DNA of 62,941 nt, counting the filler, from Octopus bimaculoides (taxonomy: Eukaryota): NCBI RefSeq assembly GCF_001194135.2. It is 4 parts of 3 records of this genome, joined end to end, with 100 filler letters (N's around TTAATTAATTAA, not from the genome) between each part and the next. Parts side by side here need not be neighbours in the genome. Positions count along the whole stretch, not along the records: positions 30,447 to 48,180 come from NC_068981.1; positions 48,281 to 59,599 come from NC_068996.1; 2 more parts are not named here. The stretch is one strand, 5' to 3'. Each line of letters begins with the position of its first letter. Positions within the stretch are counted from its first letter, which is position 1. The notes under the pieces were generated by a model. That model searched no databases. It saw nothing but the letters and a program-made list of their open reading frames with translations, and was not told where the DNA came from. Below are positions 37,855 through 49,969 of this stretch, piece by piece. The position numbers were made by a program, and so were the translations under genes.

Positions 37855-38857
37855 ATAAATTTCTGGAAAGTGTTAAAGCGTTTTACCATTCCTCTGATGG
37901 ATTGGATCTGTAGTCATCGAATAAACTTTATCCTTTGTGGTTCTGAGAAGCGTAATTTCTCAATATTGGTATTTATGTAGTGTGTTAAATATACTAGGGT
38001 CCCAATAATTACAGGTATGAACCAGAAATTGCAATCTGGATAGAGTAACTGCAGATTTCTCAATATCTCAGTGTAGGTGTTCTCTTTTTCCCTGATATTC
38101 AGCTCTATGTTAACATCTGTTGGGCAGTTAATTTCCACAACTATACAAAGTTTCTCTTCTCTATCCCAAAACATTATATCAAATCCGCTGTGCTTAAATG
38201 TTATTGGAGTCTTCACTGGGACATTCTACCATTACTCTTTTTTTATTGAGTGGCTATGGCTTTTACCATGCTGTTGGTTCTTATTTCTTTGTCCTCGGGG
38301 CTATCCCTTCCACGGATTTCATTATAGAGTGTCCTAGCTACAATATCCTGTACGTCGGTAGATAATACTGTGGAGACGCTTTCTGACAACTGCTTATCAT
38401 GTGGGTGATATCTTCGGTGTTGACTCCACACATTCTGCATTGTTTGTCACATTTTAGTGCTACTCCTGCATCTCTATTCCTTTTAAGCATCAGGTACTTT
38501 ATTGATATTTCTTGTTCCTGCATTGGTAACGCATAACCTTCAAAGTGGGAGGTAGTAATCATGCTGTTGGTCCATGATAGACTGCTTTGATGATTAATAT
38601 TTCTATCATCTCGGGACTTTCTATTAACATGCATAGCCTTCTGCGCATATGGGCTCATCCTTTCATCTGATGATACTTTGCGGTGGAATTGTGCGACTTC
38701 TTTGGAATGTATTCTAGGTTTACAGACAAAAATGTTGCTCAAGGAGCTGCCTTTCAAGTTTTGTGATGTTTTAAGCCTCATGTACGCAAACTTACACAAG
38801 GGATGCATTTCGACACTTGGGGATTAAAAGATGTTGCCGAAGGGATATGATACGACA
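37855..38857 (-). mobile_element. R4-clade RLE LINE 3' fragment (same subfamily as 28120-29520) flanked by (TATG)n
   Basis: ORFs 38338-38808 (EGYAL..QEQEI; CRMCGVNTEDITHMISSC), 38243-38440 and 37914-38216 (DIMFWD..EINCPTDVN..EK..Y..IPVIIG). Confidence 0.85.
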
Positions 38858-38866
38858 TTATGTATG

Positions 38867-38900
<34 letters not shown>

Positions 38901-39210
38901 TCAAATCTCACCTTTGAACCCATGGAAAACAAACTTCAACCAGCTATTCTGATTATATGTCTGTGCACACGTTTGAATGTGGTGTGTGCCAGAGAGCTTG
39001 CAAATCCAGTGGGGGTCTTAAAAGACATGTTAGGATGCACAATGAGCAGAACTTACCTGCAGGTATTGGTAGTACAAATCAGAGGTGCAATCTGTGTGGG
39101 TGTTTTTTCAAAACATTGTATAGTTTAAAAAGCCACATCAGACGCCATGGAAGGGCTAAGGTGTAGGTGCAGGAGGTGGTCAAACTCTGTGTAAGGAGTA
39201 GACGACCACC
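38901..39210 (+). mobile_element. Probable LINE (RTE-like) 3' end encoding two intact C2H2 zinc fingers
   Basis: FECGVCQRACKSSGGLKRHVRMH and CNLCGCFFKTLYSLKSHIRRH, then a stop, a terminal hairpin GGTGGTC..GACCACC (39175-39210) and a (TATG)n tail. Element assignment is inference. Confidence 0.6.
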
Positions 39211-39779
39211 ATGTATGTAAGTATGTATGTATGTATGTATGTATGTGTGTATGTATTTATGCATGCATGTATATATATGTTTGTATGTATGTATGTATGC
39301 ATGTATATATGTGTTTTATGTATGTGTGTATGTATGCATGCATGCATATATGTATGTGTGTATGTATGTCTATATAAGCTAAACCAAATATAAGCTAAAA
39401 CAGAATTTCAAACAAATGTATGGCTATTTTAACTTTACTTGTACTTGTTTTAGTTATTGGATTTCAGCAATAACTGGATATACATTTTGCATGCATGTAT
39501 GTATGCATGGTTGCATACATACATGGACGGGTTATGCACATTTTCTGTCTCACAATTCATCGATTCTCTCAAAATGCAATGATTGACGCCTGAATATGTT
39601 TGAAAACACTATTTCCAGGTTCTGCACAATGGCATTCAATTGAGTTCCATGTTATTGTGAAGCGATTTCTAACAAGACAGCAACTAAAATTAAGATCCAC
39701 TTGTCCAGGTTTCATTGTGTATTCTGTATTAGAGGCTTTATATAATTAAACTAGAATGACCGTGCTATATGTGTGGTGC

Positions 39780-41330
39780 TATGAGTGTCTTTTCTAAACA
39801 TTTACCATGAACAAAAATTCCCCGCCCGCTGCTACTGGTGGATAATTAAAACCTACAAAATTGACCGTGGAACAAAATCCGGAAATATGGCATGGATATT
39901 ATATACCTACACGACAAGAAACAAATATTTGCCTGCACAAAGTAAATGTTATGGAGAAGAGACATGGAAGGTGTAAAATAAAATACGTGTCGAAAGAATA
40001 TTGTTGCAACATACGGTGATTGTAAAGACTTTAAAAATATCACATAAACAGAAATCGAACTAGAGTTCATATACAACGTTAACGCTGAGAATATAATAAG
40101 CCATACGATTACACATATATGTCCGAGCATAAAGAATCCACCGGTACACAACTAATTAGTCCGTAAATCATAATGGAAATTTTACAGAGAATATCACATT
40201 TGGAAAAAAGTATGGCGTTACAGCAAAACAAAAAAACATAATTCCAGAACTATAATGAAATGCACACTAGTCTCCACGGAAACAACCAATTGTGCCACAA
40301 CAAAGCTATAGCCTCGGCCCAATACTTAATAATATATAGAAAAACAACACTAATAACAAAAGATTAACCACGCCTACGATGGAGCATATCTATCAGAAAC
40401 AATGATGAAAATACAAGAGGTGACCGAAACAAAATCATTAATATCGATCAAGCAAAATACCTCCCAGAGCTATAAATACACAAATATCGCCATGAAAGTA
40501 GCTAAATGCAGCTTTGCTCAACAAGAAATTATTTCCACAGAAACAAACCCGAATATGAAGAAATTACCTAATATATTCGGTTGTCATGGATACATCGCAG
40601 AACACTGACCATGATCATAATAGAGTACGAATCTCTCTTGCCAAGTCTGCCATAAATACACTGGCAAGATTATATACTACATAAAACTAGAATGCAAAGC
40701 AATTCGTATCCTTACTTATTCAATTAGAAAAGGAGAGGTCTAATACGACAAATGAGAACACAATAAAATATAATAACACAACGTTAGTAAACGACTGTAT
40801 ATTCTGGGAATTAAAGGGAGAATTTAAGCCAATAATAGTTGCAGTAAAAGGCATGTCAAAAAAGCGTCATATCTTCGTTTAGGTGAACAAGGTATTAGAT
40901 ACATGATACCAAAATAGCTTGTATAATCAGAGACAGAAAACACTAGATGCCAGAGCAATGCATTGNNNNNNNNNNTTTTTTTTTTTTTTTTTTTTGTGAG
41001 AAATATTACGATGATACAAAATATTGAGCATATGAATTACAATACTCCTAAAGGGCGACGAATATATAAGTAAGCTGAAACACAATATGAAAGCCAGTGA
41101 TGCAGTAAATATTGTGAATAGAACTGATAAAAATACTTAAAGATTTCTCAACCATATTTCTCAACCATATAAAGATATCTCAACCATTATTCAAAGAACT
41201 AGGTCAAAAACAATCAACGAACTTCTAAATATAACAGAATCAGCAGATTTTTGGTACTAATGGTGAAGAAAGCCCATTGCAACACACTCAATAAAATTAA
41301 CAGCGTATTCTAGATCTTGTTTACAAACTG
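39780..41330 (+). mobile_element. Possible heavily decayed RLE-type LINE
   Basis: A-rich strand-biased stretch with faint motifs (FAQQEIIST; FGCHG); no intact domain. Confidence 0.3.
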
Positions 41331-43330
41331 GAGAAAAAACTTTTCTAACAAACACGTGCGTACGCGCGTGCGCATATACACTTACATACACACATACTTG
41401 CATACATACATACATATATATGTGCATGCGCGCGCACAAATGCGTATAGATGGAGAGAAAGAGAAAAATAGATTGAGGAAAATACAATATAGATATAGAT
41501 ATAATAAATATATTGATAAATGGGTTTTGATAGGTAATTGTAGTAATCTCGAATAAGAAAGGGCTTGTTTATCTTCTTACACATTGGCCAAATATTACTA
41601 TAATTGTGTGGATGTTCAACCTATATAGAGAGTGAAAACAAGTTTTGAATGTAGGCTGAACATTAACAATAAAAATAATAATATCAATAATGAGATGCTT
41701 TGAAATATTAAAATTCTAGTCTCAACTTTTAATTGACAATGGTGTTAACACATGATCAATAAAATTAAAATGACATTTCTTTATAATAATATAGGAAAAT
41801 TTAGAAGTATTTTCATTATTATCATTATTATTTACATCACTAATATAAACCTTTCTATTGTGCCATTTATTCCAATATATCCTACCTCAATTCACAATAT
41901 ATAATATAATGGAAAAGTCCTCTCCATAAACGTTTCAGGTTTTGTGCTTATAATAGAATGAATTATGATTATTATATCTAATTTTATATTATCTTATTAG
42001 TAAAGCGGCAAGGAGACAAAATCATTCGCATGCCGGACAAAACAATTAGCGAAATTTCTTTCCGCTTTACCTTATATGTTTTTTTTTTTATGGCGGTGAG
42101 ATCAATTTTGTCATTCATCCTCTTGGGTTCAATAAAATAAGCTACAGTTGACAGATCAGGTCGATGCAATTGACTTGCACGTTCCCTCAAATCTACTGAT
42201 TTTCTACTAATATTTGAGACGATTACTTATGTCTATTCATTTGATAGTGTTGGTTTTTTGAGACTTAGTTATATGCAGGCATTATTAAGAAAAGGTTCGT
42301 CACCATTTTACCGTCTTCATTCATGGCTACTGTATGCGAAATGTGTATGTGTTGAGCAAATTTCTAGAATTACTTCTTCATGTGTTGTTTTCTTTTTCTT
42401 TGGCATATTTGTTTTATGAAATAGATACCCTGTTCAAAAAAAGTCTAGGGTGTAAGTGCAAACTCGTAAAACAGACACATCTGCGGAGCAAAATCAGAAG
42501 GAAACAGCTCCTCACAAAAGACATCAATAATTGTTTCTCATATATCATATATCGGAGAATTTTGAAGAATGTATCGTAACTTTTTGCGATCTCAGAACTT
42601 GTGGGACTCTTTCTTCTATCGGTCACAAGAATAATATGGGTAAACGTGACTGTCGTGCGATTTAAACTCAACAGAACAAAAACCAGAACAATAAGATAAA
42701 AACAGAAAAAAAACGCAGAGCATTTTCTCCAATACTGTAACAACACTGCAAATTGTGATGATAATAATAATAATACTAATGGTTTCAAAATTTGGGAGAA
42801 GATAACTGCTAATCATTTTATTGGCTAGGAATTATTTTATCGACCTTGAATGGGAGAAAGCCGAATTCGACCTCAACTGCATTAGAACTCTGACAAAATG
42901 AGCAGAAAGAAATACTTTCAAGCATTGTAGCCAGAGGTTACGATAAATAAATAATTTCATCGGGAAGGGTAGGTCTCGATATAGTCAAGCAAGTACTAGA
43001 CAAGGACTTTAATTTATTAATCTCGGAGGGATGAAAAGCAAATTTGATCGGGGTGAAATTCGAACTGATAAATTTTAAGAGACATAAGTAATACCGCTAA
43101 AAACAATAATGAAAATAATAATTAACTTTGTTTGATAGTTATATAAATAGGGATAACAAACATACGGAAACGTCCAGTTAAAGTTTATTGCAGTAAATAA
43201 ACCAAATGCAATGGTCAGATAAATACAGCAAGCACCATTTTGCGTCCAGTTAATCTTTATTGCAGTAAATAAACCAAATAGAACTGTCGTCAAACGAGGA
43301 CAGTGGGTTAATATTAGTTAAACGCTCTAT

Positions 43331-43550
43331 GGCGGCGAGCTGGCAGAAACGTTAGCACGCCGGGCGAAATGCCAAACGGTATTTCGTCTGTCTTTGCCTT
43401 TCGACTTTGCCTTTCATCCTTTTGGGTCGACTTTGCCTTTCATCATTTTGGAGTCGATAAATTAAGTACCAGTTGCATACTCAAATAGATCTAATCGACT
43501 GTCCCCCTCCCCAAAAATTTCGGGCCTTGTGCCTAGGGTACAACAGAATA
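43331..43550 (+). mobile_element. tRNA-derived SINE, second family (ggcggcgagctggcagaa head)
   Basis: Shared core gtcgactttgcctttcatcc...gtcgataaattaagtaccagtt. This copy has an internal duplication. Other copies at 6050-6450(-, two), 15800-15990, 28865-29050, 48281-48470, 52440-52560(-), 53040-53230(-). Confidence 0.8.
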
Positions 43551-44649
43551 TTAGTCAAACATTCTTCATCCTAGAAAACAGTTCTATAGCTATGAATTTA
43601 ATATCATTTGTTGATTCCAGTGGTTTTTTTCTTCTTAGAGTAATTGAATGATTGAAGCATAATTAATCTAGTGGATGTCTGAATATGATATGGAAACAGT
43701 ACTTGGAAAAAAATGAAAGAGCTGTTGAAGTTAACGGTAGGTAACCTACGATTCGTAGCTTTGAAGTAGAATGCTCAGTGCAACGATATTGTACATACTG
43801 ATACTTCAGCATTTCTGCATATGTTTACTTTTCCAAACTCGAGTATGCAGACTGCAGGATCCGATGATTGATTTCTTTAGCTCATTGTCGACTTTCATCA
43901 CAATGTTGGCATCTAAGGAAACGATGAAACAGAGCAAGCTCAACTAGTGAGGTCATCAACCTGTTTCGGACAATTCGTGATTTAAACCAGATTCTAACTT
44001 TCCTGATTTGAGGGACGGTATGAAGTTGTAAATTTCAAGTCTACTTCCCAATGTGGAAAAGATGGATAAGTTGTTAATACACAGGCGGATATGATGGAAG
44101 AAGTGAATACTCAAAGAATTTTACTCGATTCACTAGATCTAATAAAAATTTATGAATCACGAACAAAAATCATATTCTTCATATCTCTAGAAACAAATCT
44201 AGTCTGAATGGATCAACAATTCATTGCTTATTGCGATAGAGGAGTGTGCTATAACCATATTGAACGATACATCAATAACATCTACAATATATAGGCTAAA
44301 TATCCCGCTTTTGATTTTGTGACAATACACGGCATAATGAGGATGCCTTACAATAGGTCTAATAAAATATACTGTGAGACAATACAAATTATCAAAGCTC
44401 CTCCGCATACATATAGCCATAAAACTTGAATGCCCACCTCATTCTAGCCGTACTTATAAATCATTATATTATTGTTTTAAAACCGGCATTGTTCTCACTT
44501 TTATAGAATTCCTTGCTAATTGCTTTGCTCAATAGAAACATGTTCATTACAGTTGAGAGGGACGGATATTCATATATATTTATGCGTGGATATATGAAGG
44601 AGTAGAAGTGCATAATGAGAAATACTGAATAATATGTACGTAATTAGGC

Positions 44650-44686
<37 letters not shown>

Positions 44687-45745
44687 TGTGCGTGTGTTGA
44701 CTGCGTATATCTGAATAAGTGGGTGCATGTTTATATCGTTTTCCGAATTTTCATTTTTTACGCATATAATTGTGGATGTGCTTGTAAATGTTTGTGTAAA
44801 TGTGAGTACGCGTAGATCTGAATCGATATGCATATATATGTGTGTGTGTTAAGAAATCACAGAACACATGCAATAAAACATCTTATATGCGAACGACCTG
44901 AAGCGAAATATCAGGGAGCATTTCGCTTGATATTCTTCTCTATTTATTCATTATATTATTGAAGTTGCATTTATGGTTGAAATTCTAATTATCTTTGATT
45001 ATTCCGAGTAGCCTATTTTCGGATTTGCTCACAGCCTGCGGCCAACTTTCAAATCTATCTGATTGCAAGCATTGTTAATTAGTAAAGTATTTTGTTTTTA
45101 ATACACCTGAATTTCCCCATTCTTACGCACGAAGACATAAGGGCAAGGCAAAATAATACACATGTATATATACATTGACACANNNNNNNNNNNNNNNNNN
45201 NNNNNNNNNNNNNNNNNNNNNNNNNNNNNNNNNNNNNNNNNNNNNNNNNNNNNNNNNNNNNNNNNNNNNNNNNNNNNNNNNNNNNNNNNNNNNNNNNNNN
45301 NNNNNNNNNNNNNNNNNNNNNNNNNNNNNNNNNNNNNNNNNNNNNNNNNNNNNNNNNNNNNNNNNNNNNNNNNNNNNNNNNNNNNNNNNNNNNNNNNNNN
45401 NNNNNNNNNNNNNNNNNNNNNNNNNNNNNNNNNNNNNNNNNNNNNNNNNNNNNNNNNNNNNNNNNNNNNNNNNNNNNNNTATATATATATATATATATAT
45501 GTACGTATGTTTGTATATACGCATGTATGTGTGCATAAACATACATACAGTAAGAAACATATAAATGTGTTCTACATTCATACGTATATATGCATACGTG
45601 TGTTTGGATAAATGCATATATGTGAATCTGAGTTTGTTTGAATGAGTGTGTTTGCATGTCTGTGAAGAAACCTAATGACAGAAATGAAGGAGAATGATAT
45701 TCTGAGTTGGTTAAGGAACAGAGAGAGGAGAGGATAGAGGAAGAG

Positions 45746-45780
<35 letters not shown>

Positions 45781-46242
45781 TGGTGGGGAAATATAAGAAT
45801 GAGAAAGATTGATGATTTATGGATGCATGAGTCAGATGAAAAACTGGGATCGATGAAATTAACTTCAGTTTCCTCTCTTTATTAATTACTTCACGGATCT
45901 TAATAAACTTTACTGAAACGTCTCTCATCATGTTACAGTTTTCTATGAATCACTGATTACTATTATTGATTATATCAACATCATGATCGTCATGGTCATG
46001 ATCATGGACATCCATCATCGACATCTTCAACATTATATTTACCCCCTCCTCCTCTCCTCATCCTTACTGTCAGTAATGTCGTCTCTTCTTCACCTCATAT
46101 TCATCCTCATCCTCCTCTTTCTTATCTTCTTCTTCTTTTTCTTCTGCATCTTCAACATTATTCACATTATCATTAGCAGCACAGCATCAGCAATGAAAGA
46201 TGCAGGAGCAATAGTAAGTAACCTCACTAACATCATCGCTGT

Positions 46243-46243
46243 G

Positions 46244-46311
<68 letters not shown>
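46243..46311. repeat. (AAT)n microsatellite inside a CAT/CTT low-complexity tract
   Basis: Read directly. Confidence 0.95.
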
Positions 46312-47095
46312 CGACAACATGATGATGATCCTCGTCATCATTGTCACCGTCATCGTCATCACAGCTACCATCCTACTCATCATATATTTCACGGATTAGT
46401 CAAAAGAAATGTGGCACGGATGAAGTTTAGGTCATCGCCTCCCTGTTTCATAAAAAGAGGTTTTCCTCACGTCCCATGAATCCAACCAAACCGGAGATAT
46501 ATTCTGAATCCTAACAAAAAGACAGTAAATTTCTCTAAAAGCAACAAAGAGGCAGCCAGTGGAGGGAGACAAGTTGATAGTTTAATTCTTCTATGTAGTA
46601 TACCTATATGAAATTGCTTAGCCACATCTCTTCCAGCAATAACTTCTGAATTCAAATGGCAGTGGTTTTGACTCTGCCATTAATTCGTTCAAGGTTAAAA
46701 AAGAAAAAAAATCATTAGCTGAAAACTGATGCCTCTTACCTTAAAACTGCTGGCCTTGTGCCAAGATTTTGAACATGATTTTATTTGTTTTGTTTATTAT
46801 TAGCATTAGTTTTTCAGACTTAATTTTTCGCAGTCATTATTACGAAAAGATTTGTGACCATTTCCTATTCATGCTGTTGTTTGTGAAATTGCTTGATAAA
46901 TGTTTAGGGAGACAAGTCGATGGTAATGCTGTGTTAGGGCTATGGATAGACCATAGTTAAGCTCCAGGTTCGGTGATTATGCGAATAAGGGGTTCAACGT
47001 AGGTCATATATCAGTGTGTGTAGATAAAGATTTACTTTTCGTAATGATATAAAAAACCAAGGCTGCGTAGATTTTAGAATATTTATAAATAGGAA

Positions 47096-47143
47096 GTCTT
47101 ACAGCTGTTTCTAGGATATTTATTATATCCCTACATCGGAGAC
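47096..47143 (-). ncRNA. Degenerate minimal type I hammerhead ribozyme motif (Penelope pLTR type)
   Basis: Minus strand GTCT CCGATGT A GGGATA taataaa TATCCT A GAAA C AGCT GT A AGAC: stems I, II and III all pair and the triplet is GUA. The core is CCGATGT instead of CTGATGA. Confidence 0.55.
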
Positions 47144-48487
47144 AGTGTGAGAGGATGGTTAAGCAATAGCTAATTTAGATAAGATACAAAATAGAGAGTG
47201 AATTGGAGAAACGAAAATAGATGTGAAATATGCAGGGATATTGTATTTGTAGATCCATTATTTAGTCAGAATGGTATACATATAAGATTCCAATACCTTG
47301 CGAGTAAAATCCAATAGTATTTAAAATTGGTCATTCTAAGAATAGTGTTTGTACACAGTGTTATTGAATCAAGGGTTTTATTTAAAGTGACCTAAAAGTA
47401 GGGAATGTATTCGTAAGGTCAAATCGAAAATGGGAAGAGAGGAATAAGAAAGGGAAGAAAAAGAGAAGAAATAGAGGAAGAGAAGGAGAAGAAAAAAAGA
47501 AAGAAAGAAATAAGAGGAATAAAGAAAACAAAGATAAAAGGTAATGTGTTTTTATAAATATATGTCTGTGTATGTCTTGGTATTGGTTTAAAATTTTGGC
47601 CCAAGGCCAGCAAAACGATAACTTGTCTTCCCCTCTCCTCTTTATTGCTGTTCCAAGTCTCTCTTTTCTTTTCATTTCACGCAGTCAAATGTCTGCAATA
47701 TGTAAAAAAAAAATTATAAAAGTACATAGCACAGGTGTTGGGGTATGAATAGAGCGTACTTCCTAACCACATGGCTCTGGGTTCAGTGCCACTGATAGGC
47801 ACCTTCTAGAACAGGTGTCATGTACTACTGCCTTGGGCTGACTACAAACTTTCAAGTGGAATTTGTAGACAGAAACTGAAAGAAGTCCATTGTATGTGTA
47901 CATGTGTGTGTGTGTATCTATGTGCGTGTGTGTCTTTGTGCCTATGTGTGTCACCCCACCCCTTCACCGCATGGCAACTGGTGTTATTGCGTTTACGTTC
48001 GCATAACATTAGCTGTTCGGCAAAAGAGAAAGGAAAAATATAAACTAGGCTTAAGAAATAAGTCCTGGGATCCATTTGTCCGGCCAAAACCCCTCAAGGC
48101 AGTGTTTCAGCTTGGCCGGAGTCAACTGAATGAAACAAGTAAAAGAGTAAAAGAGTGAAGAGTATGTATATATATGTATGNNNNNNNNNNNNNNNNNNNN
48201 NNNNNNNNNNNNNNNNNNNNNNNNTTAATTAATTAANNNNNNNNNNNNNNNNNNNNNNNNNNNNNNNNNNNNNNNNNNNNGCTTAGTAGTATTTCGTCTG
48301 CCGTTACGTTCTGAGTTCAAATTCCGCCGAGGTCGACTTTGCCTTTCATCCTTTCGGGGTCGATTAACTAAGTATCAGTTACGCACTGGAGTCGATGGAA
48401 TCGACTTAATCCGTTTGTCTGTCCTTGTTTGTCCCCTCTATGCTTATACTCCTGTGGACAATAAAGAAATAAATTATCTCTATCAGT

Positions 48488-48819
48488 GAAGGCTCATGGC
48501 TCGGTGGTTAGAGCGTCGAGCTTACGGTTGTGAGGTTGTGAGTTCGATTCCCGGACCGGGCTGCGTGCTGTATTCTTGAGCAAGACACTTTATTTCACAT
48601 TGCTCCAGTTCACTCAGCTGTAGAAATTCATTGCGATGTCACTGATAGCAAGCTGTATTGGCCTTTGCCTTTCTCTTGGATGACATCAGTGGTATGGAGA
48701 GGGGAGGCTGGTATGCATGGGCCACTGCTAGTCTTCCATAAACAACCTTTCCCGGACTTGTGCCTGGAAGGGTAACTTTCTAGGTGCATTCTCATAGTCA
48801 TTCATGACCGAAGGGGTCT
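48488..48819 (+). mobile_element. tRNA-derived SINE, third family (gaaggc(g/t)catggctc..tggttagagc head), full length
   Basis: A/B boxes (tggctcggtgg, gagttcgattccc) and tail gtcattcatgaccgaagggg. Partial copies at 34691-34790 and 60905-61130. Confidence 0.82.
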
Positions 48820-48974
48820 CCCTATCTCTATCAAAAGGAAACAGAAAAATCATTTTGTTTTTAGGTAATAAATTCAGAAACTTAATCTAAAGGTGGTTCG
48901 TTGAAATATCGGACAGGAAAGAAATAGGAAAACAAGCAATATGAAGTGTGCGTGTGTGATGGGGGAGTATTATT

Positions 48975-49010
<36 letters not shown>

Positions 49011-49172
49011 TCTTTATTAAAGCTTCAAAATTATTGCAGAACCGTTACTCAGAGTATCACGTTCCCATTCGTCGGACAGTTGTAATAGAAACATTTGTTT
49101 TGCACTTAAGTGCTCACCTGTATATATNNNNNNNNNNNNNNNNNNNNNNNNNNNNNNNNNNNNNNNNNNNNN

Positions 49173-49231
<59 letters not shown>

Positions 49232-49373
49232 TGCAGGAAGTAAATAGACACCTTTAAATTTCAAAATTTCTGTTCTAAGCGTCTTAATACGTTTTCAGCG
49301 GTGTAGAATTCACAATGTAATTATTCTTTTTCATTCCAGGTGGCATTATATTAAAGATTTGCGAAGAATAACC

Positions 49374-49560
49374 ATGCCACGCACAAAAAATTCACCAGAA
49401 CTCTCATATTTTCAAAGAGATCGTATTGTTGAGCAATCTGAGGCTGGTCTTAGCCAGCGAAAAACTGCAGAAAATCTTCAAATTCCACTTGCTACTGTTA
49501 GTAGAATTGTAGTGCAATTCAAAAACTAAGGAAAAGAATCAACAGAGACCTAGGCCCTCG
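49374..49560 (+). mobile_element. Tc1-type transposase N-terminal HTH remnant
   Basis: MPRTKNSPELSYFQRDRIVEQSEAGLSQRKTAENLQIPLATVSRIVVQFKN*GK fits the Tc1 paired-like HTH. Confidence 0.7.
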
Positions 49561-49567
49561 GAAAGGA

Positions 49568-49969
49568 AGAGCTAGAAGAAAAACGACCGTCTTTGGTTTC
49601 AAGACGAAAGGTGTTCTTTCATCAGGATAATGTTCGGCCAATATATTCCAAAAACCGGAGCAGTTTGAATGGGAAACGATACCCCACCCACCATATTCAC
49701 CGGACATCTGATTATCATTTATTCCGCAGTCTTCAATATCATTTGGACAGAAAAAATATGAATTCCGTAGACAAGGTCAGAACAGAACTGGAGGAGTATT
49801 TTTCGTCACGGACAAGTGAATTTTGGAAGAGGGACTTTGCAAGTTTACCAGAAAGATGGAAGAGCATTGTAGAAAATGAAGGAGAATATATTTTAGATTA
49901 AAAAAGAACTGTATTTTAATTTCGAAAAATAAATACTAAAAAAAAATCGCATTATGGGATGACCCAATA
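49568..49969 (+). mobile_element. Mariner (DD34D-type) transposase C-terminal half and right TIR
   Basis: EKRPSLVSRRKVFFHQDNVRP ... SDYHLFRSLQ ... LPERWKSIVENEGEYILD*; ends ttatgggatgacccaata. Confidence 0.85.

Noticed and set aside
43171-43279. 37-bp direct repeat at 72-bp period (and the tctcaaccat triplet at ~41145-41190)
   Set aside because: Small local duplications in decayed repeat sequence with no further structure.
44901-44928. 9-bp hairpin AAGCGAAAT/ATTTCGCTT preceded by CTGA
   Set aside because: No complete core or GAAA after the stem; an isolated hairpin of this size is expected by chance or from repeat debris.
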